This document shows, in pieces, positions 45,881 through 57,009 of a stretch of DNA of 59,525 nt (positions within the stretch are counted from its first letter, which is position 1; each line of letters starts with the position of its first letter). The notes under the pieces are model-generated. The model saw only the letters and a program-made list of their open reading frames with translations, was not told where the DNA came from and ran no database searches. Source of the DNA: an uncultured Mycobacteriaceae bacterium (GTDB taxonomy: Bacteria > Actinomycetota > Actinomycetes > Mycobacteriales > Mycobacteriaceae). A program made the translations under genes and the position numbers. Location of the stretch: NCBI GenBank assembly GCA_903927745.1, contig CAIYOH010000205.1, forward strand, positions 1 to 59,525. Reading direction: 5' to 3'.

Positions 45881-47107
45881 ATGCCTGACGCCGTCATCGT
45901 CTCGACCGCCCGCTCGCCGATCGGCCGCGCCATGAAGGGATCGCTGGTCAGCATGCGGCCGGACGACCTGACCGCGCAGATGGTGCGCGCGGCGCTCGAC
46001 AAGGTGCCCGCGCTCAACCCGCACCAGATCGACGACCTGATCCTGGGCTGCGGGCAGCCCGGTGGTGAATCCGGATTCAACATGGCACGGGCCGTCGCAG
46101 TCGAACTCGGCTACGACTTCCTGCCCGGCACCACCGTCAACCGGTATTGCTCGTCGTCGCTACAGACCACCCGGATGGCGTTTCACGCGATCAAAGCGGG
46201 CGAGGGCGACGCGTTCATCTCCGCCGGCGTCGAGACCGTGTCCCGGTTCGCCCACGGCAGCGCCGACTCGTGGCCCGACACCAAGAACCCACTGTTCAAC
46301 GAGGCCCGTGAGCGCGTGGATTCCGCAGCCGCCGCGGCGAATGGCGCCGACGAATGGCATGACCCCCGCGCCGACGGGAACCTGCCCGATGTCTACATCG
46401 CGATGGGCCAGACCGCCGAGAACGTGGCCCTGCTGACCGGAATCAGCCGCGAGGACCAGGACCGCTGGGGGGTGCGCAGCCAGAACCGGGCCGAGGAGGC
46501 GATCACGAGCGGCTTCTTCGCACGCGAGATCACCCCGGTGACTCTGCCCGACGGCAGCACCGTGAGCACCGATGACGGTCCGCGTGCGGGCACCACCTAC
46601 GACAAGATCAGCCAGCTCAAGCCTGTGTTCCGCGCAGGCGGCACGGTGACGGCGGGCAACGCCTGCCCGCTCAACGACGGCGCTGCCGCGCTGGTGATCA
46701 CCAGCGACACGAAAGCCAAGGAACTGGGCCTGACACCGCTGGCGCGCATCGTGTCCACCGGCGTCAGCGGGCTGTCGCCCGAGATCATGGGCCTGGGCCC
46801 GATCGAAGCCTCCAAGCGGGCGCTGACGCGCGCAGGGATGGCACTCGGCGACATCGACCTGTTCGAGATCAACGAGGCCTTCGCGGTGCAGGTGCTGGGG
46901 TCGGCCCGCGAACTGGGCATCGACGAGGACAAGCTGAACGTGTCCGGTGGCGCGATCGCCCTGGGTCACCCGTTCGGCATGACCGGCGCACGCATCGCCA
47001 CCACGCTGCTCAACAACCTGCAGACCCACGATAAGACGTTCGGGCTCGAGACCATGTGCGTGGGCGGCGGCCAGGGCATGGCGATGATCATCGAACGGTT
47101 GAGCTGA
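45881..47107 (+). CDS. fadA3: acetyl-CoA acetyltransferase (FadA3-like)
   Basis: NRYCSS, NEAF, GHPFG and CVGGGQG motifs. Confidence 0.9.
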   Translation: MPDAVIVSTARSPIGRAMKGSLVSMRPDDLTAQMVRAALDKVPALNPHQIDDLILGCGQPGGESGFNMARAVAVELGYDFLPGTTVNRYCSSSLQTTRMAFHAIKAGEGDAFISAGVETVSRFAHGSADSWPDTKNPLFNEARERVDSAAAAANGADEWHDPRADGNLPDVYIAMGQTAENVALLTGISREDQDRWGVRSQNRAEEAITSGFFAREITPVTLPDGSTVSTDDGPRAGTTYDKISQLKPVFRAGGTVTAGNACPLNDGAAALVITSDTKAKELGLTPLARIVSTGVSGLSPEIMGLGPIEASKRALTRAGMALGDIDLFEINEAFAVQVLGSARELGIDEDKLNVSGGAIALGHPFGMTGARIATTLLNNLQTHDKTFGLETMCVGGGQGMAMIIERLS

Positions 47108-47111
47108 TTGT

Positions 47112-47176
47112 GCGTTGACTCTGCGGCTGGGGCGGAGAAGTTCGAGTAACCCTCGCCGTCACCGCAGAGTCAACGC
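47112..47176. repeat. palindromic REP-like element between convergent genes
   Basis: GCGTTGACTCTGCGG ... CCGCAGAGTCAACGC, a perfect 15-bp inverted repeat. Confidence 0.8.
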
Positions 47177-47181
47177 CACGA

Positions 47182-48030
47182 TCAATCGTTCTGGAAGTAG
47201 CTGAGCAGGCGCAGGATCTCCACGTACAGCCAGACCAGGGTCACGGTCAAACCGAGCGCGATTCCCCACGCGGCCTTCTCCGGTGCTCCGGCACGCACCA
47301 TCTGGTCGGCCGAGTCGAAGTCGATCAGGAAGCTGAACGCCGCGATCCCGATGCACACCAGCGAGAAGATGATCGCCACGGTCCCGCCACTGCGCAGGCC
47401 CAGGCCCGTACCACCATTGACACCGAACATCCCCAGCACCAGGTTGCCAATCATCAGGGCCAGTACGCCGAAGAGGGCGGCGACGACCATGCGTGTGAGC
47501 TTGGGCGTCACGCGGATTGCGCCGGTCTTGTAGACCACGAGCATCCCGAAGAACACGCCGAAGGTGCCCAAAACCGCCTCGAAGATCAGCGCACCGGCAT
47601 TAGCGTGCGAGACCGTCATGTTGGCGAAGATGAACGAAATGGACCCCAGCACCATCCCCTCGAGGACGGCGTAGCTGAGGACAAGCGCCGGGTTGTCCTG
47701 CTTGCGACCGAAGGTGGCGATCAGCACCAGCGCCAAGCCGCCGAACGCGCCGATCATGGTCAGCGGACCGGCCAGGGCGAGGTTCGAGCTCACCACGAAG
47801 TAGGAGATGACCGCCGACAGGGACAGCACCGCCAGCGTGATGCCGGTCTTGGCGACGACGTCGTCGATGGTCAGCGGCCGGGAGACCTTGCCGGCCTGCT
47901 GGTAGGGGGCCTGCTGGTAGGGGGCCTGCTGGTAGGGGGCGTACCCCTGCGCCGCGCCGTTGCCGAACTGAGCGTATCCGCCCTGCTGCTTGGGCAGCGA
48001 ACGAAATACCGGGTTGCTTGACTGCCGCAC
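47182..48030 (-). CDS. Bax inhibitor-1/YccA family membrane protein (Rv1072-like)
   Basis: SSNPVF, LTIDDV, about 7 TM helices, LVWLYVEILRLL; three APYQQ repeats. Confidence 0.9.
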   Translation of the reverse strand: MRQSSNPVFRSLPKQQGGYAQFGNGAAQGYAPYQQAPYQQAPYQQAGKVSRPLTIDDVVAKTGITLAVLSLSAVISYFVVSSNLALAGPLTMIGAFGGLALVLIATFGRKQDNPALVLSYAVLEGMVLGSISFIFANMTVSHANAGALIFEAVLGTFGVFFGMLVVYKTGAIRVTPKLTRMVVAALFGVLALMIGNLVLGMFGVNGGTGLGLRSGGTVAIIFSLVCIGIAAFSFLIDFDSADQMVRAGAPEKAAWGIALGLTVTLVWLYVEILRLLSYFQND

Positions 48031-48094
48031 CGTCGGTTCCTCTCTGATGGACTGTGTTCGAGTTCTCCGAACATCTGGTCGACGAACATCTGAT

Positions 48095-48121
48095 CAACGA
48101 ACAGCGGGCCACCCGGGTTCC
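48095..48121 (-). promoter_or_regulatory. SigE/SigH-type ECF promoter
   Basis: GGAAC-N17-CGTTG on the minus strand upstream of the Rv1072-like gene. Confidence 0.7.
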
Positions 48122-48234
48122 CCCGGTCTGGAAGCTCTCGTAAGGACAAACATAACCCTTACCCGCGGGTACCGCCTCCCCCGTGACGATCTAGATTGCT
48201 CGTCGAGACCGGGCGGCGATGGGAGGCTGGGGGC

Positions 48235-49281
48235 GTGATCGAGGGATCCGAGGACATTCTGGCCCGTGTCGAGGGAGGCGTCGGCCTGATCACCCTGAAC
48301 CGCCCCAAGGCGATCAATTCCCTGAATCAGCCGATGGTGGACGCGCTGGCGGCCCTGCTCACCCGGTGGGAACACGACGACGACGTGCGGGCCGTGGTGT
48401 TGTGCGGTGCCGGTGACCGCGGGTTATGCGCCGGCGGCGACGTGGTGGCGATCTACCACAGCGCCCGCGGGGACGGGACCGAGGCGCGGCGGTTCTGGCG
48501 CGACGAATACCTGCTCGACGGCCAGATCGACCGGTTCGCCAAACCGTTCGTGGCCTTGATGGACGGCATCGTCATGGGCGGCGGCGTCGGCGTCAGCGCA
48601 CACGCCAGCACCCGGGTGGTGACCGAGACCTCGACGATCGCGATGCCTGAGGTCGGCATCGGGTTCGTCCCCGACGTCGGCGGGACGTTCCTGCTGTCGA
48701 GGGCACCCGGCAACCTGGGCCTGCACGCCGCCCTGACCGGCGCGCCCTTCACCGGAGCCGACGCCATCGCCATGGGGTTCGCCGACCATTACGTCCCGCG
48801 CGGTCAACTCGAGGCGCTGACGACATCGATCGTCGCCGACGGGGTCGACGCCGCCCTGGCGCGTCACCGCGTGGAGCCGCCGCCGAGCGAGCTTGCCGCG
48901 CAGAGGGCCTGGATCGACCCCTGCTTCACCGGTGACACCGTCGCCGACATCATCGCCCGGTTGCGTGGTTATCGGGGTGACGGGGCGAAAGCAGCCCGGG
49001 ACGCGGCCGACCTGATCGCCACGCGGTCCCCCGTCGCGGTCTCCGTCGCCTTGGCGGCGGTGCGCCGCGCGGCCGGCCTGACGACTCTGGAAGAGGTTCT
49101 CGTCCAGGACTACCGGGTCGCGTCGGCCTCGGTGCGATCCCACGATCTGGTCGAGGGCATCCGCGCGCAGATCATCGACAAAGATCGCAATCCCAGATGG
49201 TCACCCGCGACACTCGCCGACGTCACTGCGGCTGACGTCGAGGCATATTTCGCGCCGGTCGACGACGACCTGAGCTTCTAG
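48235..49281 (+). CDS. echA9: enoyl-CoA hydratase / 3-hydroxyisobutyryl-CoA hydrolase (EchA9-like)
   Basis: LNRPKAINSL, CAGGD, MPEVGIGFVPDVG and EGIRA motifs. Confidence 0.85.
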   Translation: MIEGSEDILARVEGGVGLITLNRPKAINSLNQPMVDALAALLTRWEHDDDVRAVVLCGAGDRGLCAGGDVVAIYHSARGDGTEARRFWRDEYLLDGQIDRFAKPFVALMDGIVMGGGVGVSAHASTRVVTETSTIAMPEVGIGFVPDVGGTFLLSRAPGNLGLHAALTGAPFTGADAIAMGFADHYVPRGQLEALTTSIVADGVDAALARHRVEPPPSELAAQRAWIDPCFTGDTVADIIARLRGYRGDGAKAARDAADLIATRSPVAVSVALAAVRRAAGLTTLEEVLVQDYRVASASVRSHDLVEGIRAQIIDKDRNPRWSPATLADVTAADVEAYFAPVDDDLSF

Positions 49282-49293
49282 AAAGGCAATTCG

Positions 49294-50070
49294 ATGACGA
49301 GCTACGAAACGATCCTCGTCGAGCGCGAACAGCGCGTCGGCATCATCACCTTGAACCGACCGCAGGCGCTCAACGCGCTCAACAGTCAGGTGATGCACGA
49401 GGTCACCACGGCGGCAACAGAACTGGATGACGATCGCGGGATCGGCGCGATCATCATCACCGGTTCAGCCAAGGCATTCGCGGCCGGCGCAGACATCAAG
49501 GAGATGGCCGCCCTGTCGTTCGCGGACGCATTCGGCGCCGACTTCTTCGCCGCCTGGGGCAAACTCGCCGCCGTCCGCACGCCGACCATCGCCGCCGTGG
49601 CCGGCTACGCGCTCGGCGGCGGGTGCGAGCTCGCGATGATGTGCGACCTGCTGATCGCCGCCGACACCGCCAAGTTCGGCCAGCCCGAGATCACACTCGG
49701 CGTGCTGCCGGGGATGGGCGGGTCCCAACGCCTGACCCGGGCCATCGGCAAGGCCAAGGCCATGGATCTGATCCTCACCGGGCGCACCATCGACGCCGCC
49801 GAAGCCGAACGCAGCGGCCTGGTGTCGCGGGTGGTGCCCGCCGCTGACCTGATGACCGAGGCCAGGGCCGTCGCCACCACGATCTCTCAGATGTCGCGGT
49901 CGGCGGCCCGGATGGCCAAGGAGGCCGTCAACCGGGCCTTCGAATCCACCCTGGCCGAGGGGCTGCTGTACGAACGCCGGCTGTTCCACTCGACCTTCGC
50001 GACCGAGGACCAGTCCGAGGGCATGGCCGCGTTCGTCGAGAAGCGGCCCCCGAACTTCACCCACCGCTAG
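49294..50070 (+). CDS. echA8: enoyl-CoA hydratase (EchA8-like)
   Basis: [18 protein letters not shown] and FGQPEI motifs. Confidence 0.88.
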   Translation: MTSYETILVEREQRVGIITLNRPQALNALNSQVMHEVTTAATELDDDRGIGAIIITGSAKAFAAGADIKEMAALSFADAFGADFFAAWGKLAAVRTPTIAAVAGYALGGGCELAMMCDLLIAADTAKFGQPEITLGVLPGMGGSQRLTRAIGKAKAMDLILTGRTIDAAEAERSGLVSRVVPAADLMTEARAVATTISQMSRSAARMAKEAVNRAFESTLAEGLLYERRLFHSTFATEDQSEGMAAFVEKRPPNFTHR

Positions 50071-50078
50071 GGCGTCTG

Positions 50079-51773
50079 ATGAACGAACCGGCCGCAGCGA
50101 CCGGCCCGACGGACGTCGCCGGGCCGCAACGAACCGGCAAGCCGTGGTGGGTCCGGCACTACACCTTCACCGGCACAGCCGTCGGCCTCGTCTTCGTGTG
50201 GCTGTCGCTGACGCCGTCGCTGTTGCCGCGCAGCGCGGTGTTTCAAGGCGCGGTCAGCGGGGTCTCCGGAGCGATCGGCTACGGGCTCGGGGTGTTCGCG
50301 GTATGGCTGGTCCGGTACATGCGCACCACGAACGACAGCCCGCCCGCGCCGCGCTGGGCATGGAAGGCGCTGATCCCGGTCGGCGCGATCGGCATCATCA
50401 TCATGGCGGTCGAGTTCCATGTCTGGCAGGACGACGTGCGTGACCTCATGGGGGTCGAGCACCTGACGTGGTACGACTATCCGCTGGCTGCGGTCCTGGC
50501 GCTCGTGGTGCTGTTCTCCGTGGTCGAAATAGGCCAGGCGACCCGCAAGCTCGTCGCGTTCCTGGTGGACAAGCTGGACCGGGTCGCGCCGTTTCGCCTC
50601 TCGGTGACGATCGTGGTGGTGCTGCTTGTCGCGCTGACGGTCACCCTTCTCAACGGCGTGGTGCTCAAGTACGCGATGCGCATCATGAACCACACCTTCG
50701 CCGCGGCCAACAACGAGATGAGTTCCGACACCGCGCCGCCGAAGACCCCGTTGCGGTCGGGTGGCCCACAATCGTTGGCGTCGTGGGATTCGCTGGGCCG
50801 CGAAGGCCGCGTCTTCATCGAGAGCGGTCCGACCGTCGACCAGTTGACCGCGTTCAACGGCGCGCCGGCCACCGAGCCGATCCGCGCCTACGCCGGGCTG
50901 AACTCGGCCGACGGTATCGCCGCGACCGCGGAACTCGCGGCGCAGGAACTCGAACGCGAGGGCGGGTTGCGGCGCGCCGTCGTCGCCGTGGGGACGACTA
51001 CCGGTACCGGGTGGATCAACGAGGCCGAAGCCGATGCGGTGGAGTACATGTACAACGGCAACTCCGCGGTGGTCAGCATGCAGTATTCGTTCCTACCCAG
51101 CGCGCTGTCGTTCCTGGTGGACAAGGAGAACACCCGGCGCGCGAGCCAGGCGCTCTTCGAGGCCGTCGACAGGCGCGTCCGGCGGATGCCGGAGGGCCAG
51201 CGACCCAAGCTGGTCGTGTTCGGGGAAAGCCTGGGATCGTTCGGCGGCGAGGCGCCGTTCATGAGCCTCAACAACGTCCTGGCCCGGACTGACGGCGCTC
51301 TGTTCAGCGGGCCGACGTTCAACAACACGATCTGGGCCGACCTGACCGCGACCCGCGACGCAGGTTCACCCGAGTCGCTGCCGATCTACCGCGACGGCAG
51401 GAATGCCCGGTTCGTTTCTCGACCAAGCGATTTGGCGCGGCCCGAAGCCCTGTGGGACTTCCCGCGGGTGGTCTATCTGCAGCACGCCTCCGACCCGATC
51501 GCCTGGTGGAGCCCCGATCTGCTGTTCGCCAAACCTGACTGGCTGCGCGAAAAGCGGGGCTACGACGTGTTGCCCCAGACGCGGTGGATCCCGGTCGTGA
51601 CCTTCCTGCAAGTCAGCGCCGACATGGCGGTCGCGCAGAAAGTACCGGCCGGGCACGGCCACGACTACGTCGCCGACGTCGCCGACGGCTGGGCGGCGGT
51701 CCTGTCACCACCTGGCTGGACGCCGGACAAGACCAAACGGCTGCGACCGCTGCTGCGGTCCACCGGCGTGTAG
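50079..51773 (+). CDS. membrane alpha/beta-hydrolase (Rv1069c-like)
   Basis: SLTPSLLPR, TTGTGW, MQYS, GESLG and QHASDP motifs. Confidence 0.88.
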   Translation: MNEPAAATGPTDVAGPQRTGKPWWVRHYTFTGTAVGLVFVWLSLTPSLLPRSAVFQGAVSGVSGAIGYGLGVFAVWLVRYMRTTNDSPPAPRWAWKALIPVGAIGIIIMAVEFHVWQDDVRDLMGVEHLTWYDYPLAAVLALVVLFSVVEIGQATRKLVAFLVDKLDRVAPFRLSVTIVVVLLVALTVTLLNGVVLKYAMRIMNHTFAAANNEMSSDTAPPKTPLRSGGPQSLASWDSLGREGRVFIESGPTVDQLTAFNGAPATEPIRAYAGLNSADGIAATAELAAQELEREGGLRRAVVAVGTTTGTGWINEAEADAVEYMYNGNSAVVSMQYSFLPSALSFLVDKENTRRASQALFEAVDRRVRRMPEGQRPKLVVFGESLGSFGGEAPFMSLNNVLARTDGALFSGPTFNNTIWADLTATRDAGSPESLPIYRDGRNARFVSRPSDLARPEALWDFPRVVYLQHASDPIAWWSPDLLFAKPDWLREKRGYDVLPQTRWIPVVTFLQVSADMAVAQKVPAGHGHDYVADVADGWAAVLSPPGWTPDKTKRLRPLLRSTGV

Positions 51774-51836
51774 AGCCGGAGCCGAACCCGCCGCCGACTT
51801 TCTGTTACGGCTGCGCCGACGCTGGCGGCGGGGCGG

Positions 51837-52280
51837 TTAGAGCCAGCGGCGACCAGGGGTGGCGTCGGCCAGACCCTCCCGAAGCGCGTCGACCGCACCG
51901 CTGAGGGAACGGTGCGGCACGCCCGCTTCCGCCAGCGCGCGGTAGCCCCCGACGATGTCGGTGGCCTGGTGCAGACCGATATCCAGCAGAGCTGCGACCG
52001 CGAGGCTCGACGTGAAGCCTTGCGAGCAGAAGATCACCCATTCGACGTCGTCGCCGGTGGCTTGGGGCAAGCGAGCGTCGCTGGTCGGGTCGCAACGCCA
52101 TTCCAGGACGTTGCGTTCGACCACCAGGGCACCCGGGACCTCCCCCTCGTGTTTTCGCTGTGCCTGCGGCCGGATATCGACGAGTACCGCTCCCCGCCTC
52201 AGAGCGTCGGGCACCTCCGCGGCGGTAAGGCGGCGATATCGGCGCCGGGCGGCCGTGAGGACGAGATCGATGCGGCTCAT
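51837..52280 (-). CDS. rhodanese-like sulfurtransferase (Rv1066-like)
   Basis: LVDIR, CSQGFTS active loop and DIVGG; start overlaps the dioxygenase stop. Confidence 0.88.
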   Translation of the reverse strand: MSRIDLVLTAARRRYRRLTAAEVPDALRRGAVLVDIRPQAQRKHEGEVPGALVVERNVLEWRCDPTSDARLPQATGDDVEWVIFCSQGFTSSLAVAALLDIGLHQATDIVGGYRALAEAGVPHRSLSGAVDALREGLADATPGRRWL

Positions 52281-52858
52281 AGCGGTCCTTCCAGGTGATC
52301 GGTCAGTTCGGTGCGCCGGCGGCGCAACCTGTCGCCGTGAGTGACCTCGTAGTACGACATCGCACTCAGCGGCGGAGAGTAGGCGTGCACGCTCAGCGTC
52401 GGCTCCGGCCTCACTCTTGCCGGCCCCGGGTCGGACCCCATGACGATCCGAGGCGCCCACACCACGTCGTGCACCCACCCGAGGGGGAACCCCGCCTGAT
52501 CGCCCGCTTCAAGTCGACGACGCCGTAATGTCGCTCCGTCCCAACGAAATTCGTTGAGTGATCCGGACAGGACGGTCAGCGCACCCAGCGATCCGGCGTG
52601 GTCGTGCAGTTCAGTGGGGTGGCCCGGGACCCAGCTGATGAGCCACACGTCCAGTTCGTCGTCACCGTGAATGCGGGCGAACCAGCGCCGCGACTCCGGC
52701 GGACCGCCTGCGGGCAGCAGATGGCCGTAGCGGCCGCTGAGCACCGCGTCGGCCGCGTGATCGCAGGCATGCAGCAGGTCGGGTACGCGCAGCCGCGTCG
52801 GACCGGGGGAAGGCAGGCTCAGGGGCACGCTCAAGGGCCCACTCAAAGGCAGAGACAT
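52277..52858 (-). CDS. cysteine dioxygenase family protein (Rv1065-like)
   Basis: HDH...H three-His cupin motif and SVHAYSPP. Confidence 0.9.
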   Translation of the reverse strand: MSLPLSGPLSVPLSLPSPGPTRLRVPDLLHACDHAADAVLSGRYGHLLPAGGPPESRRWFARIHGDDELDVWLISWVPGHPTELHDHAGSLGALTVLSGSLNEFRWDGATLRRRRLEAGDQAGFPLGWVHDVVWAPRIVMGSDPGPARVRPEPTLSVHAYSPPLSAMSYYEVTHGDRLRRRRTELTDHLEGPL

Positions 52859-52900
52859 CGGGAAACTCCAGGGGAATGCGGACGGACGGGCGGCGGCAGG

Positions 52901-52942
52901 TCAGGGCCGACGACACTCGCAGAATCCGCAGCACTCGAACAC
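52901..52942 (-). CDS. leaderless Cys-rich leader peptide MFECCGFCECRRP
   Basis: GTG lies 6 nt after a -10-like AACACT; 4 Cys codons in 13; ends 42 nt before the dioxygenase ATG. Confidence 0.7.
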   Translation of the reverse strand: MFECCGFCECRRP

Positions 52943-52969
52943 GGCGCCAGTGTTGCATAGATTGACAGC

Positions 52970-53404
52970 ATGCGTCGGCGTGGTTATCGGCCCCTGCGGT
53001 GGGGCGCAGTTGTCATCGGGGCGACGTTGTCGGCCGTGGCGTGCTCTCATGAGGTCCCCGGCACCGCGACCCATACCGGCGCGCCGACGATCCACCCGGG
53101 GACCTCGTCGGCGGCACCGCGCAGCGGCATCGGCCAATCCCCCGCCGGTGTGACGACCAGTGTCGATGTCCCCGCGAATTCGACCGAGGAGGAGTACTAC
53201 CAGGCCTGCCACGCTGCCAAAGAGTGGATGGACGCCCAACCCAGGACCGGTCAGTCCCTGTTCGAGCCGTACCTGGCGATGGTGCAGGAGTCGCCGTCGG
53301 GCACTCGGGGCAGCTGGAACGCACGATGGGCGGACCTGACTCCGGCGCGGCAATCCGCCGTGATCGTCGCCGCGCGCGCGGCCGCGAACGACGAGTGCGG
53401 ATAG
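52970..53404 (+). CDS. lpqV: lipoprotein LpqV
   Basis: Lipobox AVAC, EEEYYQAC..AKEWM; leaderless TAGATT -10 box. Confidence 0.85.
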   Translation: MRRRGYRPLRWGAVVIGATLSAVACSHEVPGTATHTGAPTIHPGTSSAAPRSGIGQSPAGVTTSVDVPANSTEEEYYQACHAAKEWMDAQPRTGQSLFEPYLAMVQESPSGTRGSWNARWADLTPARQSAVIVAARAAANDECG

Positions 53405-53435
53405 CGCGCCGGGGTTGGAATCACAGGTATCCGAA

Positions 53436-54455
53436 ATGGCAACAAGCTCACCTGTCGCGTCGCGTTCGCGCGGCCCGACCCGCGTGGCGCTGGCGCTCGG
53501 CAGCGGCGGCGCCCGCGGTTACGCCCACATCGGGGTGATCGACGCGCTCCGGGCGCGCGGCTACGAGATCGTCGGCGTCGCCGGATCATCGATGGGGGCG
53601 GTGGTCGGCGGCCTGCACGCGGCCGGACACCTCGACGAGTTCGCCGAGTGGGCGAAGTCCTTGACGCAACGCACCATTCTGGCCCTGCTCGACCCGTCCA
53701 TCACCGCCGCCGGGGTGCTGCGGGCCGAGAAGATCCTTGACGCCGTGCGCGACATCCTCGGTCCGGTCGCCATCGAGGATCTGACCATCCCGTACACCGC
53801 GGTGGCGACCGATCTGGTGGCCGGGAAGTCGGTGTGGTTTCAGCGCGGGCCCCTGGATGAGGCGATTCGGGCGTCCATCGCCATTCCGGGGGTGATCGCC
53901 CCGCACCAGGTCGGCGGGCGCCTGCTCGCCGACGGCGGCATCCTCGACCCGCTACCGATGGCCCCTTTGTCGGCCGTCCACGCCGACCTGACCATCGCGG
54001 TGAGCCTCAACGGCGGCGAGGCGATCGGCTATCGCGACGCGCAGCCCGGTGCCACCGCCGAGTGGCTGAACCGCATGGTCCGCAGCACCTCCGCCCTGCT
54101 CGACACCACTGCGGCGCGCTCGCTGCTGGACAGGCCCACCGCACGCGCCGTACTGAGCAGATTCGGCGCGTCGGCAGACCTGGAACTGGAGTCGGATTCG
54201 GATTCGGATTCGGATTCGGATTCGGTGCCGAAACTGGGCAGCTTCGACGTGATGAATCGGGCGATCGAACTCGCGCAGTCGGCGATGGCACGCCACACCC
54301 TGGCGGTGTACCCGCCCGACCTGCTCATCGAGATCCCCCGTGTCACCTGCCGGAGCCTGGAATTCCACCGGGCGGCGGAGGTGATGGCGGTCGGCCGGGA
54401 GCTGGCCGACCGGGCCCTGGATGGCCTGGTGGTGGCGCCCGAGATCGGGAGCTGA
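53436..54455 (+). CDS. patatin-like phospholipase (Rv1063c-like)
   Basis: GSGGARG, GSSMG and DGG motifs. Confidence 0.92.
   Translation: MATSSPVASRSRGPTRVALALGSGGARGYAHIGVIDALRARGYEIVGVAGSSMGAVVGGLHAAGHLDEFAEWAKSLTQRTILALLDPSITAAGVLRAEKILDAVRDILGPVAIEDLTIPYTAVATDLVAGKSVWFQRGPLDEAIRASIAIPGVIAPHQVGGRLLADGGILDPLPMAPLSAVHADLTIAVSLNGGEAIGYRDAQPGATAEWLNRMVRSTSALLDTTAARSLLDRPTARAVLSRFGASADLELESDSDSDSDSDSVPKLGSFDVMNRAIELAQSAMARHTLAVYPPDLLIEIPRVTCRSLEFHRAAEVMAVGRELADRALDGLVVAPEIGS
54192..54225 (+). repeat. (TCGGAT)5.7 microsatellite encoding Ser-Asp repeats
   Basis: Read directly; in frame. Confidence 0.95.
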
Positions 54456-54459
54456 CGGC

Positions 54460-55302
54460 CTACCGGGCTCCCAGGAAACGTGCGACGGCCTCGGCTTCCC
54501 GGCGGCCCTGGTCGCGTCCGGCGCGGGCCGAGGGGGTACGGCAGCGCGGGTCGAGCGAATGGGAACCGAAGGCCGCGAGCGAGGCATCGTCGGGAACCAC
54601 CGCGAATGCTGCTCCGGGGAAGGACGACATCTCCTCGACCACGCCGCTCGGTGCCAGCACCACCGCGACCGCGCAATCCCCTGCCACGGCCAGGTTGACG
54701 GAACTGCCCACGCCGCCGTCCATGTGGCGCCGGCCCGCAATGGTCACCAGCGGCCATGCCCCCGGAACCGCGCAGCTGGCCATCACCGCGTCGATCAGGC
54801 CTACCCCCGAATCCCGTTCGAAGACAACGAGCTCGCCGGCGTCGATGTCGATCGCGGTGAGTCGCAGCACCCGGTCGGGCCAGTCGTGGCAGGGCAGGCG
54901 CTGCGCGATCACGTCACGCCGGACGCTGTCGGGGACGGTCTCGGTCGCCGCCGCAACCACACCGATCCGCCGCAGTTGTTGACGGGTCGTATCCAGACTC
55001 GGGTCACAGGGTTCACTCACTGCGGCCGCGAAGAGGTCGGTGAGCTCGTCTCGGGTCAAGCGGGGAGCGATCTCGGCCGATGATTCAACGAGCTGGCGTG
55101 CATAGAGCTCTTCGAGCGGAACGCCACTGCCGATCTGTGCGGCCACCGTCGAACCCGCCGAGGTCCCCACCAGCACGTCCGACTCCAGCAACAGTCGCGC
55201 TGCATCCGGAGACTCGTCGGCGAGACCACACAGAATGCCCGTCTCCCAGGCGATTCCGGCCAGACCTCCACCGCCCAGCACCAGGGCCCGTCTCAGTGGC
55301 AC
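54460..55302 (-). CDS. patatin-like phospholipase (Rv1062-like)
   Basis: GGGGLAG, GTSAG and DGG motifs. Confidence 0.9.
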   Translation of the reverse strand: MPLRRALVLGGGGLAGIAWETGILCGLADESPDAARLLLESDVLVGTSAGSTVAAQIGSGVPLEELYARQLVESSAEIAPRLTRDELTDLFAAAVSEPCDPSLDTTRQQLRRIGVVAAATETVPDSVRRDVIAQRLPCHDWPDRVLRLTAIDIDAGELVVFERDSGVGLIDAVMASCAVPGAWPLVTIAGRRHMDGGVGSSVNLAVAGDCAVAVVLAPSGVVEEMSSFPGAAFAVVPDDASLAAFGSHSLDPRCRTPSARAGRDQGRREAEAVARFLGAR

Positions 55303-55331
55303 GCCCACTTCCCTTCCTTGCGAGCAGACAC

Positions 55332-56969
<1,638 letters not shown>

Positions 56970-57009
56970 CGAATTGCCTCTTTTCGTCTGCTCGGGCGCG
57001 TTGGGGGAG

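Noticed and set aside
48067-48082. SOS-box-like CCGAACATCTGGTCGA
   Set aside because: It has two mismatches and is explained by the local 15-bp tandem repeat and the ECF promoter.
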